Source: Actinomycetota bacterium (GTDB taxonomy: Bacteria; Actinomycetota; JAICYB01). Taken from it: a stretch of 64,000 nucleotides of DNA. The notes below the pieces were generated by a model, which was not told the origin of the DNA, ran no database searches, and saw only the letters and a program-made list of their open reading frames with translations. The stretch is taken from assembly GCA_035640475.1 (NCBI GenBank), contig DASQWC010000023.1, forward strand, positions 4,186 to 68,185, read 5' to 3'. The position numbers and the translations under genes are program-made. Positions 11,328-22,465 of this stretch are shown here, piece by piece (the first letter of the stretch is position 1; each line of letters opens with the position of its first letter).

Positions 11328-12779
11328 ATGGGGAGCGACAACGAGCTGGAGCTCTCAGCTCGTGCCGAAGAAGCGCCGTCCGGGTGCCGGATCGTTCTCA
11401 GCTGCACGTACGGCGCCGCCGTCCCGTACTTCGAATGGGCCTTCGCGGGGTTCGTCCGTAACTCGGTGCGGCAAATGCTCGTCCACCGGGCTTCCGTGCT
11501 CGAGGCCGTCGCAACGGGCGCAGAGCCGCCGCCACCGCCGAAGACGCCCTGGTGGGCGCCGCCCGACCCGATGACATCGGACCAGATCCGGATCATCGCA
11601 ACACTGAGCCTGCTCCTCGCGGTTGCGGAGTACGGCGGGTCGTTGCTCACCCAAACCGTCGACTACGTCGCCAAGAGCTACGACGCCACAAACGCAGAGC
11701 TCGGCGTGGTCACAGCGCTGACACGAATCGGCGCGCTGATCGCTCTCGCCGGCGGGATCCTCACGGATCGCATGGGGCGTCGAAAGCTCCTGCTCTGGGC
11801 CACGGCGACGGCCTTGATCGCGACGGCGTCGACGGCTCTCGCGCCCGACCTGACCAGCTTCACGATCTTGCAGCTGATCGTGCGCGGCACGGTCAACCTC
11901 GTCGTCGTCGTCGCCTTCATCGCCGCCGTTGAGGAAGCACCCGAGGGCTCGAGGACGTACACGATCGCGATTGTCGGCATCGCCGGCGGTCTCGGCTATG
12001 TGATCCCGACGCTCCTCTTGCCGATCGCCGACATCGCCGACGAGGCGTGGCGCGCGATCTACGGACTCGGGCTCGTTGGGCTGGCCTTCCTGCCCGCCAT
12101 CTCCAGGACTCTCACCGAGACACGCCGCTTCGCGGCCCTCGTGGCACGTGGAGCGCGGGGACGGATGGGCGAGATCGTGGACAAGCGATACGGGAGCAGG
12201 TTCGTCCTGCTCTGCATCGCAAGCTTCCTCATGTACTTCTATCTCGCACCGCAAGCCCAGTTCACGAACCGATACCTCGGCGATGAACGCGGCTTTTCCG
12301 GCGCGGGCATCTTGCTGTTACGCACCGTCACCCAGGCCCTGCCCGGTCTGGTCGCCGCGTTCATCGGCGGCCGGCTCGCCGAATCGAGCGGACGACGCCC
12401 GATAGCGCGTTTGGGCCTCGCGCTTACCGCCGTTACCGGCGCTGCGTACTTCTCGATGGGCGGACCGACCCTTTGGCTGATGCTGGCGATCGCGACCGCG
12501 GCCGAAGCGCTGGCCGGCCCGGCGTTATCGGCCTTCGGCACCGAGCTTTTCCCTACCGAGGTGCGCGGAACGGCCGGCGGGTGGCTCACGATCGCGAGCG
12601 TGAGCGGATCGGCGTCCGGGCTGCTGGTCGTCGGCTATCTCGCCGACCCGCTCGGCTCGATCGGCTACGCGGCCGCCATCACCGCGGCGGCGCCGCTGCT
12701 CGTAGCGCTGTTCTTCATCCAGCGCCTCCCCGAAGCACGCGGACGCCTGCTGGAGGATGTCAGCCCGTCGGAGGTCTAG
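11328..12779 (+). CDS. MFS transporter with an unusual soluble N-terminal extension
   Basis: MFS signature GILTDRMGRRKLLL and about 12 TM segments. The reading frame is open back to 11193, and the conserved-looking extension starts there (candidate CTG at 11196 overlapping the sdhB TGA). Confidence 0.8.
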   Translation: MGSDNELELSARAEEAPSGCRIVLSCTYGAAVPYFEWAFAGFVRNSVRQMLVHRASVLEAVATGAEPPPPPKTPWWAPPDPMTSDQIRIIATLSLLLAVAEYGGSLLTQTVDYVAKSYDATNAELGVVTALTRIGALIALAGGILTDRMGRRKLLLWATATALIATASTALAPDLTSFTILQLIVRGTVNLVVVVAFIAAVEEAPEGSRTYTIAIVGIAGGLGYVIPTLLLPIADIADEAWRAIYGLGLVGLAFLPAISRTLTETRRFAALVARGARGRMGEIVDKRYGSRFVLLCIASFLMYFYLAPQAQFTNRYLGDERGFSGAGILLLRTVTQALPGLVAAFIGGRLAESSGRRPIARLGLALTAVTGAAYFSMGGPTLWLMLAIATAAEALAGPALSAFGTELFPTEVRGTAGGWLTIASVSGSASGLLVVGYLADPLGSIGYAAAITAAAPLLVALFFIQRLPEARGRLLEDVSPSEV

Positions 12780-12815
12780 GACACAGCGCGTCCACTACGT
12801 CATGTCAAGCTTGCT

Positions 12816-14060
12816 TTACATACGATCAACGATCGCCTGGCCGAACTCGCTGCACTTCACGGGCTCGACCGGCGGTTCCATCAGGCGGGCGAAGTCGTAC
12901 GTGACGACCTTCTCGGCGATCGCCCGCTCGATCCCCTTCTCGATGAGGTCGGCCGCGGTGTCCCAGCCCAGGTGCCGGAACATCATCACACCGGAGAGGA
13001 TCACCGACGACGGGTTCACTTTGTCCTGGCCCGCGTACTTCGGCGCCGTCCCGTGGGTCGCCTCGAAGATCGCGTGGCCCGTGTCGTAGTTGATGTTGCC
13101 GCCGGGGGCGATGCCGATCCCGCCGACCTGCGCAGCGAGCGCGTCGGACAAATAATCGCCGTTGAGGTTCATCGTCGCGATGACCTCGAACTCGTCCGGA
13201 CGCGTCAGCACTTGCTGGAGGGTGATGTCGGCGATGTTGTCCCACACGAGGATCTGGCCCTCGGCCGGCTTGCCCCCGCAGTCCTCCCACGTGACGGCCT
13301 TGCCTTCGTACTCGCGCCGGACGAGGTCGTAACCCCAGTCACGGAAGGCGCCCTCGGTGAACTTCATGATGTTGCCCTTGTGGACGAGGCAAACGGACCG
13401 ACGGTTGTACTTCATCGCATAGGCCAGCGCCGCACGCACCAGTCGTTCGGTGCCCTCGCGCGACACCGGCTTGATCCCGATTCCGCTCGTCGCCGGGAAC
13501 CGAATCTTGTGGACGTCCATCTCTTGCTCGAGGAACGCGATGAGCTTCTTCGCTTCCTCACTTTCGCCTTCCCATTCGATGCCCGCGTAGATGTCCTCGG
13601 TGTTCTCGCGGAAGATGACCATGTCGACCTTCTGCGGCTCTCGCACCGGTGAGGGCACGCCCTGGTACCAACGCACCGGACGCAGGCACACGTACAGATC
13701 GAGGATCTGCCGGAGCGCGACGTTCAATGAACGAATGCCGCCACCGACGGGAGTCGTCAGCGGGCCTTTGATGCCGACGAGGTACGCGCGAAACGCCTCG
13801 ATCGTGTCGTCCGGCAGCCAGTTCCCGTATTTGTCGAACGCAGCCTGTCCGGCGAAGACCTCGAACCAATGGATGCGCTTGCTGCCGCCGAAGGCCTTCT
13901 CGACGGCCGCGTCGAAGACGAGCTGCGACGCGGCCCAGATGTCTGGGCCCGTGCCGTCCCCGCGGATGAACGGCAGGATCGGGTCGTCCGGAACGTTGAG
14001 CTCGCCGTCGGCGATCGAGATCGTGCTGCCGTCGGGCGGTGTGAGGTCGTCGAAAGGCAT
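12816..14060 (-). CDS. icd: NADP-dependent isocitrate dehydrogenase
   Basis: [44 protein letters not shown] and [19 protein letters not shown]. This is the homodimeric prokaryotic type. Confidence 0.95.
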   Translation of the reverse strand: MPFDDLTPPDGSTISIADGELNVPDDPILPFIRGDGTGPDIWAASQLVFDAAVEKAFGGSKRIHWFEVFAGQAAFDKYGNWLPDDTIEAFRAYLVGIKGPLTTPVGGGIRSLNVALRQILDLYVCLRPVRWYQGVPSPVREPQKVDMVIFRENTEDIYAGIEWEGESEEAKKLIAFLEQEMDVHKIRFPATSGIGIKPVSREGTERLVRAALAYAMKYNRRSVCLVHKGNIMKFTEGAFRDWGYDLVRREYEGKAVTWEDCGGKPAEGQILVWDNIADITLQQVLTRPDEFEVIATMNLNGDYLSDALAAQVGGIGIAPGGNINYDTGHAIFEATHGTAPKYAGQDKVNPSSVILSGVMMFRHLGWDTAADLIEKGIERAIAEKVVTYDFARLMEPPVEPVKCSEFGQAIVDRM

Positions 14061-14164
14061 GGGGTCTCCTCTTTATACGGGCGGCCCTTCGGGCCTGGGG
14101 CTGAACTCGGGCGACGAACAGCGTAAGGGTTTGCCGGGCCCACCACTCGGGGAGGTCTCATCAC

Positions 14165-14620
14165 ATGGCTCCCCGGGAGACCAAGCCCGAACGTTTAGAC
14201 CGCGAGCTCGGCGAGCTGCTCCAGGAGCTGCGCGTTGTCCTTCCCGGTGTGCAGGTGCTCTTTGCGTTCCTGCTCACCGTTCCGTTCTCGAACCGCTTCG
14301 CCGGACTGAGCTCCGTGGAGAAGGCGTTGTTCCTCGCGGCGCTCATCAGCGCCGCCGTTGCCTCGGCGCTTCTCATCTCGCCGAGCGCCTTTCATCGGAT
14401 CCTGTTCCGCGAACGCGACAAGGAGTGGCTGCTGCTTGTCACGAACCGCCTCGCCATCGCCGGGACGGTGTTCCTTGCCGTCGCGATGACGTGCGCGCTC
14501 TTCCTCATCGCCGAGTTCCTGTACGGTTCCGCCGTCGGAGGAGCCGCAGCGGGGGCCGTCGGCGGGCTCTTCCTCATCCTGTGGTACGCCGTCCCGCTGG
14601 CCCGCCGAGCACGCGGATAG
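14165..14620 (+). CDS. DUF6328-like membrane protein
   Basis: [34 protein letters not shown]-terminus followed by TM helices; 151 aa. Confidence 0.6.
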   Translation: MAPRETKPERLDRELGELLQELRVVLPGVQVLFAFLLTVPFSNRFAGLSSVEKALFLAALISAAVASALLISPSAFHRILFRERDKEWLLLVTNRLAIAGTVFLAVAMTCALFLIAEFLYGSAVGGAAAGAVGGLFLILWYAVPLARRARG

Positions 14621-14660
14621 CGCACTATTCTCTGCGGGTACACGTCCCAAAGGAGCCTCG

Positions 14661-15653
14661 TTGACCGAAAAGAAGCCGCTACGAGTTGCCGTGACCGGCG
14701 CCGCCGGCAATGTCAGCTACGCGTTGCTGTTCCGCCTGGCCAGCGGACAAGTTCTCGGGTCGAATCAGCCTCTCGAGCTTCGCCTGCAGGAGATCGAAGC
14801 CGTCGTGCCGGCCCTCGAGGGCGTCGTGATGGAGCTCGACGACTGTGCATTCCCACTCGTCCGGTCGATCGACGTGACCGCCGAGTACAAGACGGCCTTC
14901 GACGGCGCTTCGCTTGCGCTGCTCGTCGGCTCCGTTCCTCGCAAGGAGGGAATGGAGCGCAAGGACCTGTTGACCATCAACGGTGGAACGTTCAAGGCCC
15001 AGGGTGAGGCACTCCAGGCCGCGGCCGCCGACGACGTCCGCATCTTGGTCGTCGGCAACCCGTGCAACACGAACTGCCTTGTGGCTCGCGAGAACGCCCC
15101 GGACATCCCGGGCGAACGGTGGTTCGCGATGACGCGCCTCGATCAAAACCGCGCGAAGGCGCAACTGGCCCAAAAGGCCAACGTTCCGGTCGCCGACGTC
15201 GCGAACCTCGCGATCTGGGGAAACCACTCGGCGACGCAATTCCCCGATTATCAGAACGCCACGATCGGCGGGCGTCCGGCCGCGGACGTGATCGTCGACG
15301 ACCCGTGGCTGCGCGGCGATTTCATCACGACGATCCAGCAGCGTGGGGCCGCCGTCATCAAGGCGCGCGGTGCATCCTCCGCCGCATCGGCCGCCAATGC
15401 AGCGATCGATTCGGTGCAGAGCATTTTCAAGAAGACCGCAGCCGGTGACAACGTTGCGCTCGCCGTCCCGAGCAGCGGTGAGTACGGCATCCCGGAAGGT
15501 CTGCAGTTCGGGTTCCCCGTTCGAAGCACGGGGAAGAGCTGGAAGATCATCGAAGGATTCGAGCACGACGACTTCGCGAAAGAGAAGATCAAGGTCACGA
15601 CGGACGAGCTCATCGAGGAGCGGGAAGCCGTCAAAGATCTCTTGCCGAGCTGA
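14661..15653 (+). CDS. mdh: malate dehydrogenase
   Basis: [40 protein letters not shown] and IWGNHS motifs of the cytosolic-type (LDH-like group 2) MDH family. Confidence 0.95.
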   Translation: MTEKKPLRVAVTGAAGNVSYALLFRLASGQVLGSNQPLELRLQEIEAVVPALEGVVMELDDCAFPLVRSIDVTAEYKTAFDGASLALLVGSVPRKEGMERKDLLTINGGTFKAQGEALQAAAADDVRILVVGNPCNTNCLVARENAPDIPGERWFAMTRLDQNRAKAQLAQKANVPVADVANLAIWGNHSATQFPDYQNATIGGRPAADVIVDDPWLRGDFITTIQQRGAAVIKARGASSAASAANAAIDSVQSIFKKTAAGDNVALAVPSSGEYGIPEGLQFGFPVRSTGKSWKIIEGFEHDDFAKEKIKVTTDELIEEREAVKDLLPS

Positions 15654-15670
15654 CGAGGAAAGGAGACCAG

Positions 15671-16267
15671 ATGTTCATCCAGGTCATCCGCGGCAACGTC
15701 AAAGACGCGGCCGCCGTCCGCGCGGCTTCCGACGAGTGGGATAAGGAGCTGAAGCCCGGAGCGAAGGGCTATCTTGGCTCGACCGAAGGCGTGACAGACG
15801 ACGGAAAGTTCATCGCAGTCGTCCGCTTCGAGTCGGAGGAGGCGGCGAATGCCAACAGCGCTCGGCCCGAGCAGGGCGCGTGGTGGGAAAAGACGAGCAA
15901 GCTGATCGACGGAGCGTCGTTTTACAACTGCCCCCGCGTCGAGTCGTTCATGGGCGGAGGCTCCGACGACGCGGGCTTCGTCCAGATCATGTCGTACAAG
16001 CCGTCCGACGTGGACAAGCTGGTCGAGATGACGAAGCAATTCGCCGAGCTGCCGATGGACCGGAAGGACATCTTGGGCGGAACGACGGCGATCTCGACGG
16101 AGGGTACCGTCTTCGACACGAACTACTTCACATCGGAGGCGGAAGCCCGCGAGGGCGAGAAGCAGGAGTGGCCCGCCGAAGTCCAAAAGGCCATGGAGGG
16201 CTTCCAGGAGATTACCGGCGACGTCGAGTGGATCGACTTGAAGGATCCCTGGCTGTACAGCGCGTAG
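15671..16267 (+). CDS. hypothetical protein, apparent tandem ABM/dimeric alpha-beta-barrel-like repeats
   Basis: Good SD (GGAAAGGAGA) before the ATG. Two similar halves begin MFIQVIRG... and GFVQIMSYK.... No catalytic motif was recognised. Confidence 0.5.
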   Translation: MFIQVIRGNVKDAAAVRAASDEWDKELKPGAKGYLGSTEGVTDDGKFIAVVRFESEEAANANSARPEQGAWWEKTSKLIDGASFYNCPRVESFMGGGSDDAGFVQIMSYKPSDVDKLVEMTKQFAELPMDRKDILGGTTAISTEGTVFDTNYFTSEAEAREGEKQEWPAEVQKAMEGFQEITGDVEWIDLKDPWLYSA

Positions 16268-16270
16268 CCG

Positions 16271-16612
16271 TTGCGAACGCTCGGCACCGTCGGCGGCCTC
16301 TGGGTCGTGTGGCGCTGGCTGGGGTTCTTTGCCGGCGTCGCACGGCTGCGCAGGTTCGACGGCCCGGTGCGCCGTGAAGCGCGGCGCTCGGTCGTCAGTC
16401 GCGGCGCGCTGAACGTCTTCTTTTCGGTCGCGGTGATCTACATCTGGGCGTTCGCCCTCGAGCTGCAGCTCGCGGAGACATTCGTCGGCTTCCTCGCGGC
16501 GACGATGATGATCTCTCTTGCGGTCGGTGTCGCTGCCGCGTTCATGCAACCCGAGGAACGAACGCCCGAAACCCTCGACGTGTGCCGTGTCCTGCCTAAC
16601 CGAACGCCTTGA
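16271..16612 (+). CDS. hypothetical small membrane protein
   Basis: The TTG start lies 3 nt after the preceding stop. Three hydrophobic segments and no recognisable family. Its 3' end overlaps the convergent tadC by 17 nt. Confidence 0.35.
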   Translation: MRTLGTVGGLWVVWRWLGFFAGVARLRRFDGPVRREARRSVVSRGALNVFFSVAVIYIWAFALELQLAETFVGFLAATMMISLAVGVAAAFMQPEERTPETLDVCRVLPNRTP

Positions 16613-17513
16613 TGATCGAGATGGCCGCCGGGCCGATGACGACGATCACGAGCGCCGGAAAGATGCACGAGAGCAGCGGGAAGAGGAGCTTCACCGGCAC
16701 CTTCGCCGCTTGCTCGCGCGCGCGCTGACGGCGCAGCATCCGCATCTCCTGTGCCTGGACGCGAAGCACTTCACCCAGCGGGCTGCCGAGCGCGTCGGCC
16801 TGCGCGAGCGTGAGCGCGAAGGTGGACAGCTCCGTGACCTCAGTGCGCTCGCGCAAGTGCGTGAGCGCTTCGCGCCGGGACGACCCGAGCTGCACCTCTT
16901 GAAGCATGCGGTGGAACTCCTCGCCCAGCGCACCCGGCAGCCGGCGAGCGACGAGCTCGAGGGCCTGCTCCAGCCCCATCCCGGCCTGGACGGCGATGGC
17001 CAGCAAGTCGAGTGCCTCTGGGAGTGTGCTGCGGATCTCGCCCTGACGGTCTTCGGCCTTCCGCGCAATGAACAGGTCCGGAAGGAAGAAGCCGAAGAGC
17101 GCACCGAGCACTGCCCAGGTGAGCACTCCGCCGACACCGACCTTCGCGATACTCGCGACGGCTACAAAGAGCACCGCACAGCCGAAGGCGACGACGGCCT
17201 TCAGCGCGAATGCGCCTTCCATTCCCCATCTACCCAGACCGGCGAGTGATGCGTTTCGTCGCAACCGCTCGACCCACCACGTCGGTGTCACCCGGCGAAC
17301 GGCGCGTTCGAACGACGCCTGGAACGGCCCGAGGAGCCGCGAGACGAACGGCTGCGCCATCTCGGCACGGTGCTGGTCGGGCGAGTCGTCCAAGATCGCG
17401 CTCACGGCGTCGCCGCGCACACGACCGGCGACGAGCGTGCGCCCGAGCCCGATCGTGGCGGCGCCGAGACCCATCGCGACGGCGAGCAGTCCGAAACCAA
17501 GGATCGTCTCCAT
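16596..17513 (-). CDS. tadC: type II secretion system F-family protein, TadC-like
   Basis: T2SSF domain (LPEALDLLAIAVQAGMGLEQAL ... REQAAKVPVKLLFPL). Last gene of the tad cluster. Confidence 0.8.
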   Translation of the reverse strand: METILGFGLLAVAMGLGAATIGLGRTLVAGRVRGDAVSAILDDSPDQHRAEMAQPFVSRLLGPFQASFERAVRRVTPTWWVERLRRNASLAGLGRWGMEGAFALKAVVAFGCAVLFVAVASIAKVGVGGVLTWAVLGALFGFFLPDLFIARKAEDRQGEIRSTLPEALDLLAIAVQAGMGLEQALELVARRLPGALGEEFHRMLQEVQLGSSRREALTHLRERTEVTELSTFALTLAQADALGSPLGEVLRVQAQEMRMLRRQRAREQAAKVPVKLLFPLLSCIFPALVIVVIGPAAISIIKAFG

Positions 17514-17514
17514 C

Positions 17515-18474
17515 TCACACCTCCACGCGAACGAGTCGCCGCATCCACAACGAGCCGACGAGCAGGCCCGCGGCGCCCACCACGAGCATCACGCGGCCCA
17601 TCGAGGTCGCATACAGCGGCTCGAAGTAGCCGCGGCGGAACAGGAAGAAGAAACCGGCAAGGAACAGCGGCATGGCGGTCAGCACCTTGGCCGAAAGCCG
17701 CGCTTCCGCCGACAGCGCGCGAACCTCGCCTCGCACTTCCAGGCGAGCGCGCATGAAGTCGGCGAGCACGCGAAGCGTGTCGGCGAGCTTGCCGCCCGTC
17801 TGGTGCTGAATGCGAATGGCCTCGACCGTCCAGTCGAGATCGCGCGAGCCGATGCGCTCGGCGAGCGCCTCGAGCGATTCGAGGAGCGGCCGTCCGACGC
17901 GCGTCTCGGCAACGACGCGAGCGAACTCGGTCGCCAGCGGCGGATCGCCTTCCTCCACGATCAGCTCCATGGCGTGAAGGACCGACGACCCGGCCTCGAG
18001 GGAGCCGGACAGCATCTGCAGAACGGTCGGCAGCTGCTCTTCGATCCTGCGTGAGCGCGCGCGACCCTTTCGGGCAACGAGCGAGACGAACATGCTTCCG
18101 GCGGCCGCGGCGCCGAGGACGGCCCACACCGGCGAGCTCGTCAGGAGAAGGAGGAACAGGCCGGCGCCGACTGCCGCAGCACAGACCACGGCGATGAACT
18201 CACCGGGACGAAGCGACCAGCCGGAGCGATTGAGCATGAGCTGGAGACGGCCGATGAGCGACGTACCGCGGAGCATCCGCTCGGCAAGCTTTCCCGTGCG
18301 CTCCATGAGCTCGGTGAGCGCCTCGGGCGTGCCCGAGGGCTCGGCGAGCTCGGCTTCCAGAAGCGAAGCGAGCATCTCCCGCCGTGCTCGGGCTCGCATC
18401 GCGAGGCCGAGCACGACACCGAACACACCGATGCCGACGAACAGCGCTGCAACAACGGCCAGCGACGATGCCAT
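17515..18474 (-). CDS. tadB: type II secretion system F-family protein, TadB-like
   Basis: T2SSF domain (LPTVLQMLSGSLEAGSSVLHAMELI ... ARLSAKVLTAMPLFLAGFFF). Lies 1 nt from tadC and overlaps the cpaF stop. Confidence 0.8.
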   Translation of the reverse strand: MASSLAVVAALFVGIGVFGVVLGLAMRARARREMLASLLEAELAEPSGTPEALTELMERTGKLAERMLRGTSLIGRLQLMLNRSGWSLRPGEFIAVVCAAAVGAGLFLLLLTSSPVWAVLGAAAAGSMFVSLVARKGRARSRRIEEQLPTVLQMLSGSLEAGSSVLHAMELIVEEGDPPLATEFARVVAETRVGRPLLESLEALAERIGSRDLDWTVEAIRIQHQTGGKLADTLRVLADFMRARLEVRGEVRALSAEARLSAKVLTAMPLFLAGFFFLFRRGYFEPLYATSMGRVMLVVGAAGLLVGSLWMRRLVRVEV

Positions 18475-19952
18475 TACGCTCGCCTCCTCGATGCCGCGCG
18501 AGCACGTTCCGCAAGGCTGCGCGGACGGCTGCTGCGCGATCCGTTGCCGGCGGCGGCGCCGTCGGCTCCAGTCCCGGCCTCGGCTCCCGGCCGGAACAGC
18601 TTGGGCGGAAGGTCGACGCCGGCGTCACGGAGCTTGTCCATGATCTTGGGACGCAGGCCCGTGGGCCGCAGACGGCCCGCCGAACGAGCCGATTCCCGTC
18701 CGCCTTCCGCGAACAGATAGCGGTAGACGTCCTGGAGCGTGATGACCTCGCCTTCCATGCCTTGCACCTCGGCGACGTGCGTGACGTGCCGGCTGCCGTT
18801 CCCGAAACGGTCGATGTGCACGATCAAGTCGAGTGCCGATGCGACCTGCTGGCGGATGGCGCGCAACGGCAGATCGAAGCCGGCCATGAGCACCATCGTC
18901 TCGAGGCGCGACAGCGCGTCGCGGGGCGAGTTGCTGTGCACGGTGGTGAGCGACCCCTCGTGACCGGTGTTCATCGCTTGGAGCATGTCCAGCGCTTCGG
19001 CTCCCCGGACCTCGCCGACGATGATCCGATCGGGGCGCATACGCAGCGCGTTGCGAACAAGATCGCGGATCGTGACCTCCCCGGCGCCCTCGATGTTGGA
19101 CGGCCGCGCTTCGAGCGAGACGACGTGCGGCTGGTGCAGCCGCAGCTCCGCTGCATCCTCGATCGTGACGATGCGGTCGTCGGCGGGAACGAACGCGGAG
19201 AGGACGTTCAGCGTTGTCGTCTTCCCGGTCCCCGTCCCACCGGACACGAGGATGTTGAGCCGCGCGCTGACGCACGCTTCGAGGAACGTCGACACGTCGA
19301 TCGTGAGCGTGCCGAAGTTGATGAGGTCCTTGATCTCGTAGGGCGTCTCGGGAAAGCGCCGGATGGTGAGAACCGGCGAGTGGACGGCCACCGGCGGAAG
19401 CACCGCGTTGACGCGCGAGCCGTCCGGAAGCCGGGCATCGACCATCGGTGACGCCTCGTCGATGCGACGCCCGACCGTGGCCACGATCTTGTCGATGACC
19501 TGACGGAATTGCGCCTCGTCGATGAACGTCGCCGACGTCCGCTCGATCTTGCCGCGGCGCTCGACGTAGATGTCGTCGTGCGCGTTGCACATGATCTCGG
19601 TGATGTTCGGGTCCGCGAGCAGCGGATCGAGCGCACCGTAACCGAGGAGATCCGCCGCCACTTCGCCGACGAACTTCGAACGCTGCGAGGCCACGAGGCT
19701 GACCCCGGCTTTCCGCAGCGCCTCGTCGAGGTGTGACGAGACAACAGAGCGCAACTCACTTTCGGTCTTGCGGGCGTAGAGCTTCGGGCCGAGGTCGTCG
19801 AGCAGCACGTCGCGCACCTGCCGCTTCATCTGTCCCCAGTTGCGGCCCGACGACGACGTCGGTCCTGGGCGGCGCTTGGAGGGACGGCTCGACTTGCCCT
19901 CCGCCCGCGCGCGCTCGACCTCGACCCGTTCCATTCGTTCGGAGAGCTTCAT
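18474..19952 (-). CDS. cpaF: CpaF/TadA family pilus-assembly secretion ATPase
   Basis: Walker [25 protein letters not shown], Walker B/Asp box [11 protein letters not shown] and [16 protein letters not shown]. Confidence 0.92.
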   Translation of the reverse strand: MKLSERMERVEVERARAEGKSSRPSKRRPGPTSSSGRNWGQMKRQVRDVLLDDLGPKLYARKTESELRSVVSSHLDEALRKAGVSLVASQRSKFVGEVAADLLGYGALDPLLADPNITEIMCNAHDDIYVERRGKIERTSATFIDEAQFRQVIDKIVATVGRRIDEASPMVDARLPDGSRVNAVLPPVAVHSPVLTIRRFPETPYEIKDLINFGTLTIDVSTFLEACVSARLNILVSGGTGTGKTTTLNVLSAFVPADDRIVTIEDAAELRLHQPHVVSLEARPSNIEGAGEVTIRDLVRNALRMRPDRIIVGEVRGAEALDMLQAMNTGHEGSLTTVHSNSPRDALSRLETMVLMAGFDLPLRAIRQQVASALDLIVHIDRFGNGSRHVTHVAEVQGMEGEVITLQDVYRYLFAEGGRESARSAGRLRPTGLRPKIMDKLRDAGVDLPPKLFRPGAEAGTGADGAAAGNGSRSSRPRSLAERARAASRRRA

Positions 19953-21256
19953 GTCGTTGCTCCTTTCCTTGCTCTGCTGAAGAGACGCCGCAGCCAGGAC
20001 CGCGTCTGGATCTCGGTTCCCGCTGCGCTGAAGGCGGCTTCGTCGACCGGCGGCACGAGCTTGGTCGCGCCTTCGATGAACCGGCTCGAGATATCCGACC
20101 GCGGTGCGGTTGTGATCACCGGCTTGCCGGCGTTGATCGACCGCGTGACTTCAGTCGCGTACGGCAGAACCGCGAGGAAGCCCTGCGGGTAGACGCGCTC
20201 GATCTGCGCAAGGTCGATCCCGGCGTCCCGCTCCGCCTTGTTCAGGATCAGCGACACGTCCTCGGACGGCAGCTTGAGCCTGTCGAGTGTCTGCAAGAAC
20301 ACACGGAGGTTCCGAAGCGACGGGACGTCCATCGTCGCCATCACGACGAGTGATCGCGAACGATCGAACGCGGCGAGGACGACCTCGTTGAGCGCCGGTG
20401 GAGTGTCGACGACGACGTAGTCGTACATCGCCTGCGCCGCTTCGAGCACCAGCGTCGCTTCGCGAGGACCGATGCGCTCGGCCGCGATCGGATCGTCCGG
20501 CGCGCAGAGGACGTCGTACCCCGCATCGTGCTGGACGACGTAGGACGCCAACGCCTCACGGATGTCCTCCTCCTCGACGAGATCGGCGATCGAGCGTCCG
20601 GCGCGCAAGCGCAGTGCGTGCGCGACCTCGCCGAACTGCAGGTCGAGGTCGATGAGCAGGACGCGGCCCGCGCCCGCCTTGGCGAGGTACGCGGCGATGT
20701 TCGTCGCGAAGAATGTCTTCCCGCAGCCGCCAGTCGCCGACGTGACCGTCATGACCTGGCCGACCTTGGCCGGTGAAGATGCCTGTGCGGCCGTCTCACG
20801 GACGACCACGCGCTCGGCCCGCAGCTGCGACGCAACCTCGAGGGCGTCGCGGATCTTTGTTCGGATGCCGGTCGGCGTCGTGGGGTAGGCGATCACGTCG
20901 CTCGCTCCGGCCGCCGCCGTCTCACCGATCGTCACCGACGACCGTCCGTTCGGGGTCAGCAGGATGACCGAGCGCGGGTGCTCCCGATGGACGTGCGCGA
21001 GACGGCGCAAGCCGGCATGCGTCACCTCCTCGGGTGCGGCCACGATCACGTCCGGAGGGCTGGTGCGAGTCGCGTCGAGAACTTCCGTCGGACGCCGCAG
21101 CCGGAGCACCTCCGGACGCGGCCGCATCGAGTCGACGGCGTCGGCGATCTCCGCAGCGAGATCGCCGCGCCGGTCGAGCACGAGAACGGTAGGCATCCCG
21201 TTGTTCGTGCCGGCAAGCTCTTCCGCCGGCTGCCGTTCGTTCTTTCGCAAGCGCAT
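19949..21256 (-). CDS. CpaE/TadZ-like protein (degenerate receiver-like domain + ParA/MinD-type ATPase)
   Basis: Deviant Walker A VTSATGGCGKTFFATN and VVVDTPP. The N-terminal receiver-like fold lacks an obvious phospho-acceptor context. Overlaps the cpaF start. Confidence 0.75.
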   Translation of the reverse strand: MRLRKNERQPAEELAGTNNGMPTVLVLDRRGDLAAEIADAVDSMRPRPEVLRLRRPTEVLDATRTSPPDVIVAAPEEVTHAGLRRLAHVHREHPRSVILLTPNGRSSVTIGETAAAGASDVIAYPTTPTGIRTKIRDALEVASQLRAERVVVRETAAQASSPAKVGQVMTVTSATGGCGKTFFATNIAAYLAKAGAGRVLLIDLDLQFGEVAHALRLRAGRSIADLVEEEDIREALASYVVQHDAGYDVLCAPDDPIAAERIGPREATLVLEAAQAMYDYVVVDTPPALNEVVLAAFDRSRSLVVMATMDVPSLRNLRVFLQTLDRLKLPSEDVSLILNKAERDAGIDLAQIERVYPQGFLAVLPYATEVTRSINAGKPVITTAPRSDISSRFIEGATKLVPPVDEAAFSAAGTEIQTRSWLRRLFSRARKGATT

Positions 21257-21266
21257 GCCCGCTCCT

Positions 21267-21995
21267 CTAGTTCAGGACGTTCTGTGCGGTGCGACCGCCG
21301 GTGGAAGCCGGTGCGTCGCCGGGACGGACGAGACCGAAGTACAGCGACCCGTTCTCCTTGGAGAAGATGACCTTCTCCGCCTGGTCGGGCGTCAGCGCGA
21401 GCGTGAGGATCACTTCGCCGCCGCCGCCGACGACGCCTTCGCTCGAAGCGGCCTGGCTGGCGGGCTGGTTGGCCAGGACCTGCACGTTGGACAGGAGAAG
21501 CTTGGTCAGCGTCCCCTCGCCTTGCTTGAGCGTGACGAAGATGTTCACGAGGTCGCCCTTCTGCACGTAGTGGACGACGCCCTGCGGGGGCGAGATGCTC
21601 ATCGTCACCGCGTTGTGCCCCGGCGGGATCTCCAGGCCCGCGCCCGGGGCACTCTTCACGCCGCCGAACTGGGCCGTCGTCACGACCTCACCCTTGGAGA
21701 TCGCTCGCACCGATTTCCGTCCCGTCATCTGAGTAGACGACGTCACCGCGCTCGCGGGCTTGAGCGTCGTCGGGACCGAGCGCTGCGTCATCGACGCCAC
21801 CGCCCCTTCCCACGACGTGCCCGCGGGAATGTCACGCGTCGCGACGAACGCCGGCACCGTTGCCTCTCCGCCGATCCGGCCCGTGACGCTGCGCGCGTAC
21901 GCGAACACCATGACCGCGCCCAACAGCGCGACCACCACGCCTGCCACGACGATCGTTCTCGATCGCGTTTGCTGCATCTGATACCTCCTTGTCAT
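21267..21995 (-). CDS. cpaB: Flp pilus assembly protein CpaB/RcpC-like
   Basis: N-terminal TM, a SAF-like region (VPAFVATRDIPAGTSW) and a C-terminal beta domain, in the position between tadE and cpaE. Confidence 0.7.
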   Translation of the reverse strand: MTRRYQMQQTRSRTIVVAGVVVALLGAVMVFAYARSVTGRIGGEATVPAFVATRDIPAGTSWEGAVASMTQRSVPTTLKPASAVTSSTQMTGRKSVRAISKGEVVTTAQFGGVKSAPGAGLEIPPGHNAVTMSISPPQGVVHYVQKGDLVNIFVTLKQGEGTLTKLLLSNVQVLANQPASQAASSEGVVGGGGEVILTLALTPDQAEKVIFSKENGSLYFGLVRPGDAPASTGGRTAQNVLN

Positions 21996-22465
21996 TCCTC
22001 CCGTCCCCGTGTGGAGACGGTGATCTCCTTCGACTCCGGCAGAAACGCTCCCCCACCGAAGAACAGCGACTTCACCTCGTTGGCCGCGACGGCCAGCGGT
22101 CCGAACGTCACCTGGTACCGCGCGCGCAAGGTAATGACCTCGCCGGGAAGCGACCCTGCGGGCTCGGGCGTCACGGAGACCGACGTCAGCGCAATCGGAT
22201 CCGCTGCGTCACGAACGAACGCATCGACCTCCGCGGCGGTGGGGCGGCGCGTGAGCATCCCGCCCGACGTCAGGTGAGCATTTGGATCCGCGCGCGTCGC
22301 GTACCGAATGCCGTGCGCCGTCGCGCGCGAGACGACCATGTACTCCCAGCCGCCCTTGATCAGCGGCATGACGACGGTCAGGAGCAGCAGCAGGACCGGA
22401 AGAAGCAGGCCGAGCTCGACGGCTGCCACTCCGTCCTCACGGCGAAGCCGGGCGAGCACAGTCAT
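21992..22465 (-). CDS. TadE-like pseudopilin
   Basis: MTVLARLRREDGVAAVELGLLLPVLLLL matches the TadE N-terminal motif. The ATG at 22465 overlaps the stop of the upstream tadE paralogue (ATGA). The upstream part of track ORF 21992..22648 is junk. Confidence 0.65.
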   Translation of the reverse strand: MTVLARLRREDGVAAVELGLLLPVLLLLLTVVMPLIKGGWEYMVVSRATAHGIRYATRADPNAHLTSGGMLTRRPTAAEVDAFVRDAADPIALTSVSVTPEPAGSLPGEVITLRARYQVTFGPLAVAANEVKSLFFGGGAFLPESKEITVSTRGREE

